Source: an uncultured Eubacteriales bacterium (GTDB taxonomy: Bacteria > Bacillota > Clostridia > Oscillospirales > CAG-272). From it: 64,000 bases of DNA. Location: positions 24,691 through 88,690 of the forward strand of contig CAKSLU010000003.1 of NCBI GenBank assembly GCA_934474225.1, given 5' to 3'. Both the position numbers and the translations under genes were made by a program. The notes under the pieces were generated by a model, which saw nothing but the letters and a program-made list of their open reading frames with translations, was not told where the DNA came from and searched no databases. Numbering within the stretch: the stretch's first letter is position 1; every line of letters starts with the position of its first letter. This document shows, piece after piece, positions 49,908-58,700 of this stretch.

Positions 49908-51293
49908 TCAGACAAGAATGTCGTCAATGTCGCCGAATCCGCTGTGCTTGGTCATGACGACGACCGCGTCGCCGCCGCGCAGCACATCGTGGCCGCTCGG
50001 GATAAAGACCTTGCCGTCGCGGTAGACGCAGGCGAGCAGCAGATCCCGCTTCAGCGGCAAATCCATGATGGGCTTGCCGACGACTGCGTTATCGGGCGCG
50101 GCGCGGAACTCGATTGCCTCGGCGCGGTTGTCAAACAGGTGATACAGCGTCTCGATGTTGCTGCCGAGCGAATTCTGCCGCGCGCGGGCGTAGGTGATGA
50201 TGGATTCGGTGGTGATGTAGCGCGGGTAGACCACGCTGTCCATTTCCAGCCCCGCGATGACCTCGTGGAAGTTGGTGCGGTTGATCTTGGTGATGACCTT
50301 GGCGTCGGTCTTGCTCTTGGCATAGAGCGTGAGCAGGATGTTTTCCTCGTCGATGTTGGTCAGCGGGACGAAGGCGTCCGCCTGCATGAAGCCGGATTCC
50401 GCGAGGAAACGCTCGTCCGTGCCGTCGCCGCAGAAGACCAGCGCGCCGTCCAGCTTTTCGGCAAGCTCGGCACAGCGGGCGGGATCTTTTTCAAGGATGC
50501 GGACATGAATGCCCGCGTCCAGCAGCTGCTTGGCGAGGTAGAACGCAATTTTGCCGCCGCCGACGATCATGGCGTCGGACGCCGCCGCCGTCTCAATGTT
50601 GATTTTTTTGAAGAAACGCTGTGCGTTTTTCGGCGCGGCGATGAAGGAGACCACATCCCCTTCTGCAAAGACGAACGCGCCGTTCGGAATGTGCAGTTCG
50701 CCCTCGCGCTCAACCGCACAGACCAGCACATTGGTGAGCAGGTCGGACAGCTGCATGATGGAGCGGCCGACCAGCGGTGAGCCCTCCGGCATGCGGAACT
50801 TGACCAGTTCTGCGTGGCTGCGGGCAAAGGAATTGATGCTGAGCGCGCCCGGCAGGCGGAGCAGCCGCGCGATCTCGCGCGCCGCCTCCAGCTCCGGGTT
50901 GATGATCATGGACAGCCCCAGCTTCTGCCGGATATAGCCCAGCTCGTCGCTGTAGTCCGGTGTGCGCACGCGCGCAATCGACGCGCAGTTGCCCACCTTT
51001 TTTGCCATCGTGCAGCAGAGCAGGTTCAGCTCGTCGCTGGCGGTGACGGCAATCAGCAAATCGGCGGTCTCGATGCCCGCCTCGATCTGCACTTTGTAGC
51101 TCGAGCCGTTGCCGACGATGCCGAGTACATCATAGGTGGCGGAAATGTGCTTGACGATCTCGGGGTCGCGGTCAATGACTGTGATGTGATGTCCCTCGCG
51201 GCTGAGCTGCTCGGTGATCGTCGCGCCGACATTGCCGCCGCCGACGATGATGATGTTCAAAAAACGTTTTTCAGACTTGTTGTTTTCAAGCAA
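49908..51293 (-). CDS. trkA: Trk system potassium uptake protein TrkA (two RCK/NAD-binding repeats)
   Basis: The TTG start lies 9 nt after AAGGAG. Rossmann motifs are IIIVGGGNVG and MIVGGGKIAFYLA. Confidence 0.85.
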   Translation of the reverse strand: MLENNKSEKRFLNIIIVGGGNVGATITEQLSREGHHITVIDRDPEIVKHISATYDVLGIVGNGSSYKVQIEAGIETADLLIAVTASDELNLLCCTMAKKVGNCASIARVRTPDYSDELGYIRQKLGLSMIINPELEAAREIARLLRLPGALSINSFARSHAELVKFRMPEGSPLVGRSIMQLSDLLTNVLVCAVEREGELHIPNGAFVFAEGDVVSFIAAPKNAQRFFKKINIETAAASDAMIVGGGKIAFYLAKQLLDAGIHVRILEKDPARCAELAEKLDGALVFCGDGTDERFLAESGFMQADAFVPLTNIDEENILLTLYAKSKTDAKVITKINRTNFHEVIAGLEMDSVVYPRYITTESIITYARARQNSLGSNIETLYHLFDNRAEAIEFRAAPDNAVVGKPIMDLPLKRDLLLACVYRDGKVFIPSGHDVLRGGDAVVVMTKHSGFGDIDDILV

Positions 51294-51325
51294 AATGCGA
51301 TGCTCCTTTCTCGAAAGCCGCAGTT

Positions 51326-52177
51326 TCAGGCTTTCTTTTCAAAGACGCAAACAACCATTTTCGTGAAGAATTCGCGCGCCGGGCGCATGTGGCAGAGCGG
51401 GCGCAGAAACGGGCGCAGCGGCACGGTGTGCCGGTAGACCGGCGTGACGCCGAGCGACTTTAAGATGCGGTCAAACCGTTTGATGGTCATATGGTTGATG
51501 TAGGAGAAATATTCGGTGCCGTCTGGGCGCTTCGAGATGCGGAAGGCGATGCGGTCGTCGCCGTCGTGAACGGTCTTGCAAAGTTCCTTGTACGCCTCGA
51601 TCTGCGTCTTCTCCGAGAAGAAGAGATGCACCCACGGGATGTAGATGAGGTCGTGCAGGTGTGCGCCGAACGGATGGTGAATCGGCGGGAAGTTGAGAAA
51701 CAGCCGTCCGCCCGGGGCAAGCACGCGCAGGCACTCGGCGAGCACCGCCTCGGGGCGCGCGACATGCTCCATCGCGTCGTTCATGATAATCGTGTCGATG
51801 CTGCCCGAGTCGAAGGGAAGCGCGGCGGCATCGGCGCAGACAAAACGGAAACGCTCTGCGTGCCCGAGCTCTTTGGCAAGTGCCGCCGACTCCTCGCGGT
51901 ACTTCTCGAGAATATCGACGCCGATGACCTCTTTGGCGCCGCGCGACGCATAGTAGAGCGATTTGCCGCCCGCGCCGCAGCCGATGTCCAGCACGGTCTT
52001 GTCCTTGAACATGTCGTCCTCGGAATAGGCCTCAAGGTAGTAGCGGATGGTCTCCGCGCCCTTTTTATACTGCCACATCGCGTAGGACATGACGCCCTCA
52101 TCCTGCAAATTGAGCGGGTGTACGGGCGCCTTGAACAGCTTGTTCAGCGCGAGCAGAATTTTTGTGGAAAATCTCAT
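51326..52177 (-). CDS. class I SAM-dependent methyltransferase
   Basis: Motif I is VLDIGCGAGG and the post-I motif is GVDI. The protein is 283 aa. Confidence 0.75.
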   Translation of the reverse strand: MRFSTKILLALNKLFKAPVHPLNLQDEGVMSYAMWQYKKGAETIRYYLEAYSEDDMFKDKTVLDIGCGAGGKSLYYASRGAKEVIGVDILEKYREESAALAKELGHAERFRFVCADAAALPFDSGSIDTIIMNDAMEHVARPEAVLAECLRVLAPGGRLFLNFPPIHHPFGAHLHDLIYIPWVHLFFSEKTQIEAYKELCKTVHDGDDRIAFRISKRPDGTEYFSYINHMTIKRFDRILKSLGVTPVYRHTVPLRPFLRPLCHMRPAREFFTKMVVCVFEKKA

Positions 52178-52201
52178 GTTTCTTATCTGAATCCTTTTGG
52201 T

Positions 52202-53377
52202 TTATCGAATCCTTATCAGCGTGGAGAGCCCCTCGCCGAGCGCCGCGCAGAGCGCGTCAAGCTCGTCCGTCGTGTTCGTGTGCGCAAGGCTTATGCGAAT
52301 CGTGCAGTCGGCGGCGCGGTCGGACAGCCCGTAGGCGGACAGCGCACGGCTGACCTTTTTGGCATGGGAGGAGCATGCCGAGCCGCTGGAGACGCAGATG
52401 CCCTTGCCCGAGAGAAAGTGCAGCATCGTCTCGCTTTTGATGTCCGGCAGCGTCAGGCTTACAATATGCGGCACGGCATTTGCCGGGCGGTTGACCTTGA
52501 TTTCCCGCAGGGACGCATCCGCCGCCAGGCGGTCAAGCAGGTGTGCGCCGAGCGTTTCCAGCGTCTCACGGTCGGCGGCGAAGTTCTTCGCGCCGACGGC
52601 TGCCGCCGCGCCGAAGCCTGCGATGCAAATGACATTTTCGGTGCCTGCGCGCAGTCCGTTTTCCTGCTGTCCGCCGCGGATGATCGGGACGAGCGCGCGG
52701 CGCTTCAACACCTCGGGCGACACATAGAGCGCTGCCATGCCTTTCGGGCCGTGAATCTTGTGCGCGCTTATCGTGATGAGGTCTGCGCCGAGCGCGCGCG
52801 GCGAAACCGGAACTTTCAGAAAGCCCTGTACCGCGTCGCAGTGGCAGATCACATCCGGGCACTTCGCCTTTGCCAGGCGGAAGAGGTCGGCGACGGGGTA
52901 GAGCGCGCCGGTCTCGTTGTTGACCAGCATCGACGAGACGAGCACGGTGTTTTCGGTGAGCGCTGCCGCAGCTTCGTCCATGTCAAGCGCGCCGCCCTTT
53001 GTGGACAGACGCACCACATCCGCGCCGAGCGACGCGAGGTATTCCGCTGCCGCCTCGGTGGAGGCATGCTCCCCCGTCGTGAGAATGACGCGCGCGCCCG
53101 CACGGCGGCGCTTGGCGGTGCAGGTGCCGATGAGCGCGAGGTTGTTTGCTTCGCTGCCGCTGCCGCAGAAGACGAGCTGCCGTCCGTCGCCGCGCACGCC
53201 GAGCGCCGCCAGCACATCGCCGCGCGCCGCGGTGACGATTTTTTCGGCGGCAAGTCCCGCCGCATGCATCGAGGACGGATTGCCGAAGGTCTCCTCCATC
53301 ACCTGCCGCATCGCGGCAATTGCTTCGGGGCAGAGCGCGGTGGTCGCGCTGTTGTCAAGATAAATCATGCCGCTCAC
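52202..53377 (-). CDS. cysteine desulfurase (NifS/IscS-type class V aminotransferase)
   Basis: The N-terminus is IYLDNSATT. The PLP lysine is in ISAHKIHGPKG and the catalytic cysteine loop is SSGSACSS. The start is either the GTG at 53377 or the ATG at 53368. Confidence 0.85.
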   Translation of the reverse strand: MSGMIYLDNSATTALCPEAIAAMRQVMEETFGNPSSMHAAGLAAEKIVTAARGDVLAALGVRGDGRQLVFCGSGSEANNLALIGTCTAKRRRAGARVILTTGEHASTEAAAEYLASLGADVVRLSTKGGALDMDEAAAALTENTVLVSSMLVNNETGALYPVADLFRLAKAKCPDVICHCDAVQGFLKVPVSPRALGADLITISAHKIHGPKGMAALYVSPEVLKRRALVPIIRGGQQENGLRAGTENVICIAGFGAAAAVGAKNFAADRETLETLGAHLLDRLAADASLREIKVNRPANAVPHIVSLTLPDIKSETMLHFLSGKGICVSSGSACSSHAKKVSRALSAYGLSDRAADCTIRISLAHTNTTDELDALCAALGEGLSTLIRIR

Positions 53378-53380
53378 GCC

Positions 53381-53914
53381 TTACACCATAAATTTGAACT
53401 GCGCGATGGTCTCCTGCACCTCGTCGGCGTGGCGGTCATAGTTTGCCGCGGTCGATGCGTAGGTCAGGATATATGCCATGCCGTTGCGCGTGCAGACGAC
53501 CTGGCGGAACTTGTATTCGGTCTCGCCGAGCTTCGCGGTGAAGACATACTGCATGGCTTCCTTGCCGTCAAGCAGGAGGTTGCTCTCCTCCACGGCTTCG
53601 GGGTCGCCGAAGATGTCGCCGAACTGCTTTTTGAAGAATGCCCAATAGCTCTCCGCGTCGCTCACATCCTTGCTCAGCCCGTAAGCCGAGACCGTGATGC
53701 TCGACGGGTCGTCCGTCGAATAGTAGGCGCTCGTCGCGCCGGTCGACATCTCGACCGTCCACTTCGAGGGGACAAAGAGATAGTAGTCCACGACCGACGG
53801 GTCGGAGGCAAGCTGCATGCCGTAGGGAACATCCACATCGTCGGATTTTCCGCAGGCGGTGAGGGCGGTGAGCAGCAGGAGTGCTGCGAAAAGTACGCAA
53901 ACAAGTTTTTTCAT
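53381..53914 (-). CDS. hypothetical lipoprotein
   Basis: ATG at 53914 follows AAAGGAAA. The lipobox is LTACGK. The ORF-track extension to 54115 is rejected. Confidence 0.6.
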   Translation of the reverse strand: MKKLVCVLFAALLLLTALTACGKSDDVDVPYGMQLASDPSVVDYYLFVPSKWTVEMSTGATSAYYSTDDPSSITVSAYGLSKDVSDAESYWAFFKKQFGDIFGDPEAVEESNLLLDGKEAMQYVFTAKLGETEYKFRQVVCTRNGMAYILTYASTAANYDRHADEVQETIAQFKFMV

Positions 53915-53925
53915 GCTGTTTCCTT

Positions 53926-55167
53926 TCAGAGCTTGAGAATCTCTTCGGCGGCGCGGAGAATGCCGATTTTGCCGCTTTCGTAGGTCAGACCGCCCTGCAA
54001 AAAGGCGGTGTAGGGCGGGCGGATCGGACCGTCGGCAGACAGCTCGATCGACGAGCCGCCGACGAAGGTTCCGGCCGCCATGATGACGGGGTCGCTGTAG
54101 CCGGGCATGTCCCACGGCTCGGGCGTGACAAAGGAATCGACCGGCGAGCCCGCCTGGATACCCTTGCAGAAGGCAATCAGCTTCTCGGGCGCGCCAAAAC
54201 GCAGCGTCTGAATGATGTCACTGCGGCGCTCGTTCCACTTCGGGAAGGCCTCAAAGCCGAGGGCTTCAAAGACATACGCCGCAAAATGCATGGTCTTCAG
54301 CGCCTGCGCCACGGTGTGCGGCGCGTAGAAGAACCCGCGGTACATGCCCTTGGTCTGCCCGAGGGACGCGCCGATCTCGGTGCCCACGCCGACGGCCGTC
54401 AGCCGGTAGCCCGCCAGCTCCACGGCGCGCGCCGTCCCGGCGATGTAGCCGCCGGATTCCGCCATGCCGCCGCCCGGATTTTTGATGAGCGAACCGATAA
54501 TCATGTCTGCGCCGACGGCAGTCGGTTCGCGGTCTTCGGTAAATTCGCCGTAGCAGTTGTCCACCACGACATAGGCATTCGACACCGCGTGTACCATCTC
54601 GCACAGATCGCCGATTTCGGCGACGGTCAGCGTCGGGCGGTTGAGATAGCCCTTGGAGCGCTGGACGAAGACCACCTTGATGCGACAGCCGTACTTCTCG
54701 AGGTTTGCCTTGATTTCGGCAAGGTTGAGTTTGCCGTCCGCAAGGTCGCTCTGCATGTACGCTACGCCGAAGTCGCGCAGCGAACCTCTGCCCGCCTCGC
54801 CGACATTGCCGATGACTTCATCGAGCGTGTCGTAGGGCTTGTCCGCAACCGAGTAGAGAATGTCCCCGGGGCGGAGCAGGGCGTACAGCCCGATGGCAAG
54901 CGCGTGCGTGCCGCTGGCGATGCTGTGCCGCACGAAGGCTGCCTCCGCACCGAAGACGTCTGCATAGATGCGGTCGAGCGTGTCGCGCCCCTTGTCGTCA
55001 TAGCCGTAGCCGCTGCTCGGCGCGAAATGCGCGTCGCTCACGCGGTGGTCGCGGAAGGCGTCCAGCACGCGCGCGGTGTTCTGCATCGAGACGGCGTCAA
55101 TGTCGGCATAAATGCCGGCAAGCGCCGCCTCGGCTTCGTTTGCGATCTGCAACAGTTTTTCAGTCAT
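53926..55167 (-). CDS. YnbB-like PLP-dependent protein (methionine gamma-lyase family / aluminium-resistance-protein-like)
   Basis: ATG at 55167 follows GAGGA and lies 4 nt after the murD stop. The motifs SSGYGYDDKGRDTLD and SLIKNPGGG match my recollection of this family. Confidence 0.6.
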   Translation of the reverse strand: MTEKLLQIANEAEAALAGIYADIDAVSMQNTARVLDAFRDHRVSDAHFAPSSGYGYDDKGRDTLDRIYADVFGAEAAFVRHSIASGTHALAIGLYALLRPGDILYSVADKPYDTLDEVIGNVGEAGRGSLRDFGVAYMQSDLADGKLNLAEIKANLEKYGCRIKVVFVQRSKGYLNRPTLTVAEIGDLCEMVHAVSNAYVVVDNCYGEFTEDREPTAVGADMIIGSLIKNPGGGMAESGGYIAGTARAVELAGYRLTAVGVGTEIGASLGQTKGMYRGFFYAPHTVAQALKTMHFAAYVFEALGFEAFPKWNERRSDIIQTLRFGAPEKLIAFCKGIQAGSPVDSFVTPEPWDMPGYSDPVIMAAGTFVGGSSIELSADGPIRPPYTAFLQGGLTYESGKIGILRAAEEILKL

Positions 55168-55171
55168 TTTA

Positions 55172-56584
55172 TCAGTCCTCAAATGAATTTACAATGGTTT
55201 TGAAGGTCTTGCCGCGCTCCTCAAAGTTTTTGAATGCGTCGAAAGAAGTGCAGGCGGGGGAGAGCAGCACGATGTCGCCTGCTGCTGCCAGGTCGTGCGC
55301 TGTGCGCACGGCGTCGGCAAAGTCGTCCGTCACACGGATGGGGAAGTCCGCGCGGTAGTGTGCCGCGCCCTTGACGGCGGCGAGAATCTGGTCCTTTGCC
55401 TCGCCGGTCAGCACCAGCGCCTTGGCATGGGTGAGAATCATCTCGGCAAGCCCGTCAAACGGCACATGCTTGTCGCGCCCGCCGCAGATGAGGATGGGCG
55501 CTTTCGGATAGGCGGAGAGCGCCGCCGTTGTGCGCGAGGGGGAAGAGTCAATGGAGGAATTGTAGTACCGCACGCCGCGCACCTCGCGGACAAATTCGTT
55601 GCGGTGTTCCACGCCGCCGAAGGTTTTCGCAAGTTCCGTTATCGTCTCGGAGGAGACAAAGCCGCGCGTCATGCCGACGGCGCACATGTAGTTTGCCACG
55701 TTGAATCTGCCGGGAATCTTAATGTCGGCGATGCGCAGCACTTTTGCGTCGTCCATGCAGATGAAGCCATCTTCTTCGTAGATTTTCACGTCGCCGTCCA
55801 TGTCGGCGGGACGCTTGTCAAGCGAGAAGACGATTTTCTCCGCGCCTGTCGGTACGGGGGCTGCCGCGCTCAGCGCATTGTCGGCGTTCAGCACCGCGCG
55901 GTGCGTACCCGCGCCGAGCACGCGGTATTTCGCGGCGGTGTACTCGTCCATGTCGGTGTGCCAGTTTAAGTGGTTCGGCGAAATGTTGGTGATTGCCGCT
56001 GCCCACGCCGCCTTCGGCATGGTCATGAGCTGAAAGCTTGACAGCTCCACTACCGCAAAGTCGTCCGCGCGCATCTCGGCGAGGCGGGGGAGCAGGGGCG
56101 CGCCGATGTTGCCGCCGACAAAGACGCGCTGCCCGCGTCCCGCCTTTGCAGCCTCGGCTTCCAGCAGCTTGTAGGTCAGCGTCGTGGTCGTGGTCTTGCC
56201 GTCCGAGCCGGTCACGGCGAAAATTTTCGCCGGGCAGAGGGCAAAAAACAGCTCCATCTCGGAGGTCAGCACCGCGCCGCCTTTCACCGCCGCCGCAATG
56301 CCGGCAAGGTCGGGGCGGATGCCGGGGGAGCGGAACACATAGTCCGCGCGGATATCGTCGAGATAGCCGTCGCCGGTGACAAATTCCACGCCGCGCGCCC
56401 GCCATGCCGCGATGCGCGAATCGGTCTCGTCCACGCTCTTTTGGTCGCGCGCCGAGACCAGCGCGCCGCGGTCCAAGAGAAAATCAATCAAAGGCAGATT
56501 GGAGATGCCGAGCCCCAGCACGGCACACCGCTTGCCTGTAAAGTCAAATTGCAAAAAATTCACCTCGTAGAAAAAATCGGGCAT
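55172..56584 (-). CDS. murD: UDP-N-acetylmuramoylalanine--D-glutamate ligase
   Basis: The N-terminal Rossmann motif is VLGLGISN and the Mur ligase P-loop is VTGSDGKTTTT. The protein is ~470 aa. The start may be the ATG at 56584 or the GTG at 56590. Confidence 0.85.
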   Translation of the reverse strand: MPDFFYEVNFLQFDFTGKRCAVLGLGISNLPLIDFLLDRGALVSARDQKSVDETDSRIAAWRARGVEFVTGDGYLDDIRADYVFRSPGIRPDLAGIAAAVKGGAVLTSEMELFFALCPAKIFAVTGSDGKTTTTTLTYKLLEAEAAKAGRGQRVFVGGNIGAPLLPRLAEMRADDFAVVELSSFQLMTMPKAAWAAAITNISPNHLNWHTDMDEYTAAKYRVLGAGTHRAVLNADNALSAAAPVPTGAEKIVFSLDKRPADMDGDVKIYEEDGFICMDDAKVLRIADIKIPGRFNVANYMCAVGMTRGFVSSETITELAKTFGGVEHRNEFVREVRGVRYYNSSIDSSPSRTTAALSAYPKAPILICGGRDKHVPFDGLAEMILTHAKALVLTGEAKDQILAAVKGAAHYRADFPIRVTDDFADAVRTAHDLAAAGDIVLLSPACTSFDAFKNFEERGKTFKTIVNSFED

Positions 56585-56640
56585 ACACACTTATTATATG
56601 ATTATTTATATATAAAAGCAATAGTTCCGACGAAAAAAAG

Positions 56641-56666
56641 AGACCGACGGCGTATGCCGTCGGTCT
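56641..56666 (-). terminator. terminator after RNase P RNA
   Basis: On the minus strand: AGACCGACGGcataCGCCGTCGGTCT followed by CTTTTTTT. Confidence 0.75.
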
Positions 56667-57046
56667 GCAACACGAGTTTGTAAGCCGAGTTCTGTGCGCG
56701 AAAAAATCGCACCGCAATCATCTATCTTCGCAGCCCGTTGCCGGGACTGCTTGGGCATTGCTGCCGCTGCCACCCGGGGACATATGTCGGGCCGACACGC
56801 CTTGCGGCGTCCCCATACGGTGTTGCTTCGGATAGGGTTTACATTTGCACGCAGTTGCCTGCCGTGCCGGTGAGCTCTTACCTCGCCTTTCCATCCTTAC
56901 CGCTTGCGCGGCGGTCTATTTCTGTTGCACTTTCCCGGAGGTCACCCTCGGCGGATGTTATCCGTTATCCCGCCCTGTGAAGCTCGGACTTTCCTCACGA
57001 TAATACCTTTCGGCAACATATCGCGCGATTGCGCCGCTCGGTTGCG
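56667..57046 (-). ncRNA. rnpB: RNase P RNA (bacterial, type A-like)
   Basis: The minus strand contains GTGAGGAAAGTCCGAGCT (the universally conserved GAGGAAAGUCC, + strand 56980-56997) and ACAGAACTCGGCTTA (+ strand 56681-56695). The terminal pairing GCAAC-CGAG (57037-57045) with CTCG-t-GTTGC (56667-56676) defines the ends approximately. Confidence 0.85.
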
Positions 57047-57051
57047 GGACT

Positions 57052-57080
57052 ATTATATACCCCGCGGTTTATTTTGTCAA
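57052..57080 (-). promoter_or_regulatory. promoter of rnpB, overlapping the 3' end of thiT
   Basis: On the minus strand: TTGACA (57075-57080), a 17-nt spacer, then TATAAT (57052-57057), about 7 nt before the predicted rnpB 5' end. Confidence 0.65.
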
Positions 57081-57641
57081 GCCCAACAGCTTCTGAATCG
57101 GCTTTGCACGCAGAAGCAGCACGGCGGCAACCAGCGTCAGAATGGTTTCCGGCAGCATGTACTGACCGTTGTAGAGCAGGGAATAGAGCGCTTTTGCCAT
57201 GCCCTCGGGCGCCCACTGCCCCCAGATGAACACACCGGTGATGTAGTGGCAGAGGAAGCGGATGAAGCAGACCGCAACGATGCCGACATAAACGCCCGGC
57301 ATGCCGAACTTCTTTTTGCCGACGGCAGCAAAGCCGAGCACCGTGAAGGGTACAATGTAGTCAAACGCCACGCAGAGGATGACGATGGCAAGCGTCTGGC
57401 AGTAGGGGAAGACATTGCCGCTCATCACGCCCTGCAGCAGCTGGAACAGGGAAAAGATAAACGCCGTGCCGACGCCCCAGCCGGTGCCGTTTTTGACGGC
57501 AATCAGGATAATCGGCAGCATGGAGAGCAGGGTGACGGAACCGCCCATCGGCATATCCCAAATTTTGACGAAAGACAGTGCAATCGCCAGCGCGAGCATG
57601 ACTGCCGCCTCGGCAAGCAGTCTGACTTTTGTGTTTCTCAT
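57069..57641 (-). CDS. thiT: ECF-transporter S component for thiamine (ThiT-like)
   Basis: ATG at 57641 follows GGAGGTG. The 190-aa protein has six predicted helices and lies directly behind a TPP riboswitch. The ORF-track extension to 57773 runs through the riboswitch and is rejected. Confidence 0.75.
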   Translation of the reverse strand: MRNTKVRLLAEAAVMLALAIALSFVKIWDMPMGGSVTLLSMLPIILIAVKNGTGWGVGTAFIFSLFQLLQGVMSGNVFPYCQTLAIVILCVAFDYIVPFTVLGFAAVGKKKFGMPGVYVGIVAVCFIRFLCHYITGVFIWGQWAPEGMAKALYSLLYNGQYMLPETILTLVAAVLLLRAKPIQKLLGLTK

Positions 57642-57655
57642 CGGAAACACCTCCG

Positions 57656-57790
57656 AAAAATAAAATTCCGCACAGACGATATGCCCGTGCGGAAACAAAC
57701 TTTGCTTTGATCTCCCTACGACGGCATTATCCGTATCAGGTAAAGGGTTCGGGAAACATCCCATCTCAGCCAAATAGCACCCCTGACATA
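57656..57790 (-). promoter_or_regulatory. TPP (THI-box) riboswitch with terminator expression platform
   Basis: The minus strand reads CAGGGGTGCTATTTGGCTGAGATGGGATGTTTCCCGAACCCTTTACCTGATACGGATAATGCCGTCGTAGGGAGATC. This matches the conserved GGGGUGC / CUGAGA / ACCCnnnnACCUGAU / UAAUGCC / AGGGA elements. It is followed by TTCCGCACgggcatatcgtctGTGCGGAA and TTTTATTTTT. Confidence 0.9.
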
Positions 57791-57840
57791 TTCTGTTCGG
57801 TCGTATGCATTATAACCGCCCGCGGCGGCTTTGTCAATGC

Positions 57841-58497
57841 CTATTTGATATTTTTTGCGATTTCGAGGATTTCGCGCGGCGTGTTTGCGATGAACTGCGC
57901 GCCGTTTTCGCGCAGCACCTCCACCGGCTTGTAGCCGTAGGAGACGCCTATCGTGTGCATCTTCGCGTTTCTGCCCGTCTGCATGTCGATGTGCGAGTCG
58001 CCGACAAAGCAGACTTCGTCCGGCGTGCAGCCGAACAGCCCCGCAATCTCCAGCGCCGCATCGGGAGAGGGCTTGAGCGGCTTGTCTTTCACGCCTCGGA
58101 CCGGGTCGAACACGCCCTTGCCGAAAATCTGCTCCACCAGCAGCACGGCGGCGGTGTTTGCCTTGTTGGTCAGCACGGCGGTGCGGCAGCCGAGGGCGTG
58201 CATGTCGGCTATCGTCTCTTTCATGCCGGCAAACGCCGTCTTCGTCTCCATGTAATACTGCTCGTAGTCATAGATGTAGAACTCAGTCGCGCGGTCGATG
58301 GTCTCCTTGTCCGTACCTGCGGGGAAGGTGCGCTCCACAAAGGCGCGCGGGCCGTCGTTGATGCCGCGCAGCACATCGGCGCGCCCGATGGGCGCAAGCC
58401 CAAAGCGGCTGCGCGTGACGTTCATCGCGTGGTTCAGCGCGGGCAGCGTGTCGGCAAGCGTGCCGTCCAGGTCGAAAATAAAGCCTTTGATTTTCAT
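57841..58497 (-). CDS. HAD-superfamily hydrolase (phosphoglycolate-phosphatase-like)
   Basis: Motif I is FIFDLDGTLADT, motif II is VLTNK and motif IV is VGDSHIDM. Confidence 0.8.
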   Translation of the reverse strand: MKIKGFIFDLDGTLADTLPALNHAMNVTRSRFGLAPIGRADVLRGINDGPRAFVERTFPAGTDKETIDRATEFYIYDYEQYYMETKTAFAGMKETIADMHALGCRTAVLTNKANTAAVLLVEQIFGKGVFDPVRGVKDKPLKPSPDAALEIAGLFGCTPDEVCFVGDSHIDMQTGRNAKMHTIGVSYGYKPVEVLRENGAQFIANTPREILEIAKNIK

Positions 58498-58700
58498 CGG
58501 TTTTCACCTCTCGTATTCTGCTTCAATTATAGGTTTTGCCGCCCGACTTGTCAATATGAGGGCGGATTTTCGGCAGATTGCCATAAAATGTGCGCGCGAA
58601 AACAAAAATTTTGTCAAATAAACTGTTTTCATTTTGCAAAGACTGTGGTATAATATAAATTCGTGAGTTTTCGGAATCTGAAAAACAGAGGTTACAAACA

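Noticed and set aside
51294-51325. Cyclic-di-AMP (ydaO-type) riboswitch upstream of trkA.
   Set aside because: The intergenic space is only 32 nt and holds just the SD, so there is no room for an aptamer.
48661-55203. Plus-strand ORFs 48661..50025, 49944..50780, 51491..53983 (830 aa) and 53881..55203.
   Set aside because: They are antisense to the trkH, trkA, methyltransferase, cysteine desulfurase and YnbB-like genes, all of which carry clear catalytic motifs. These are shadow ORFs.
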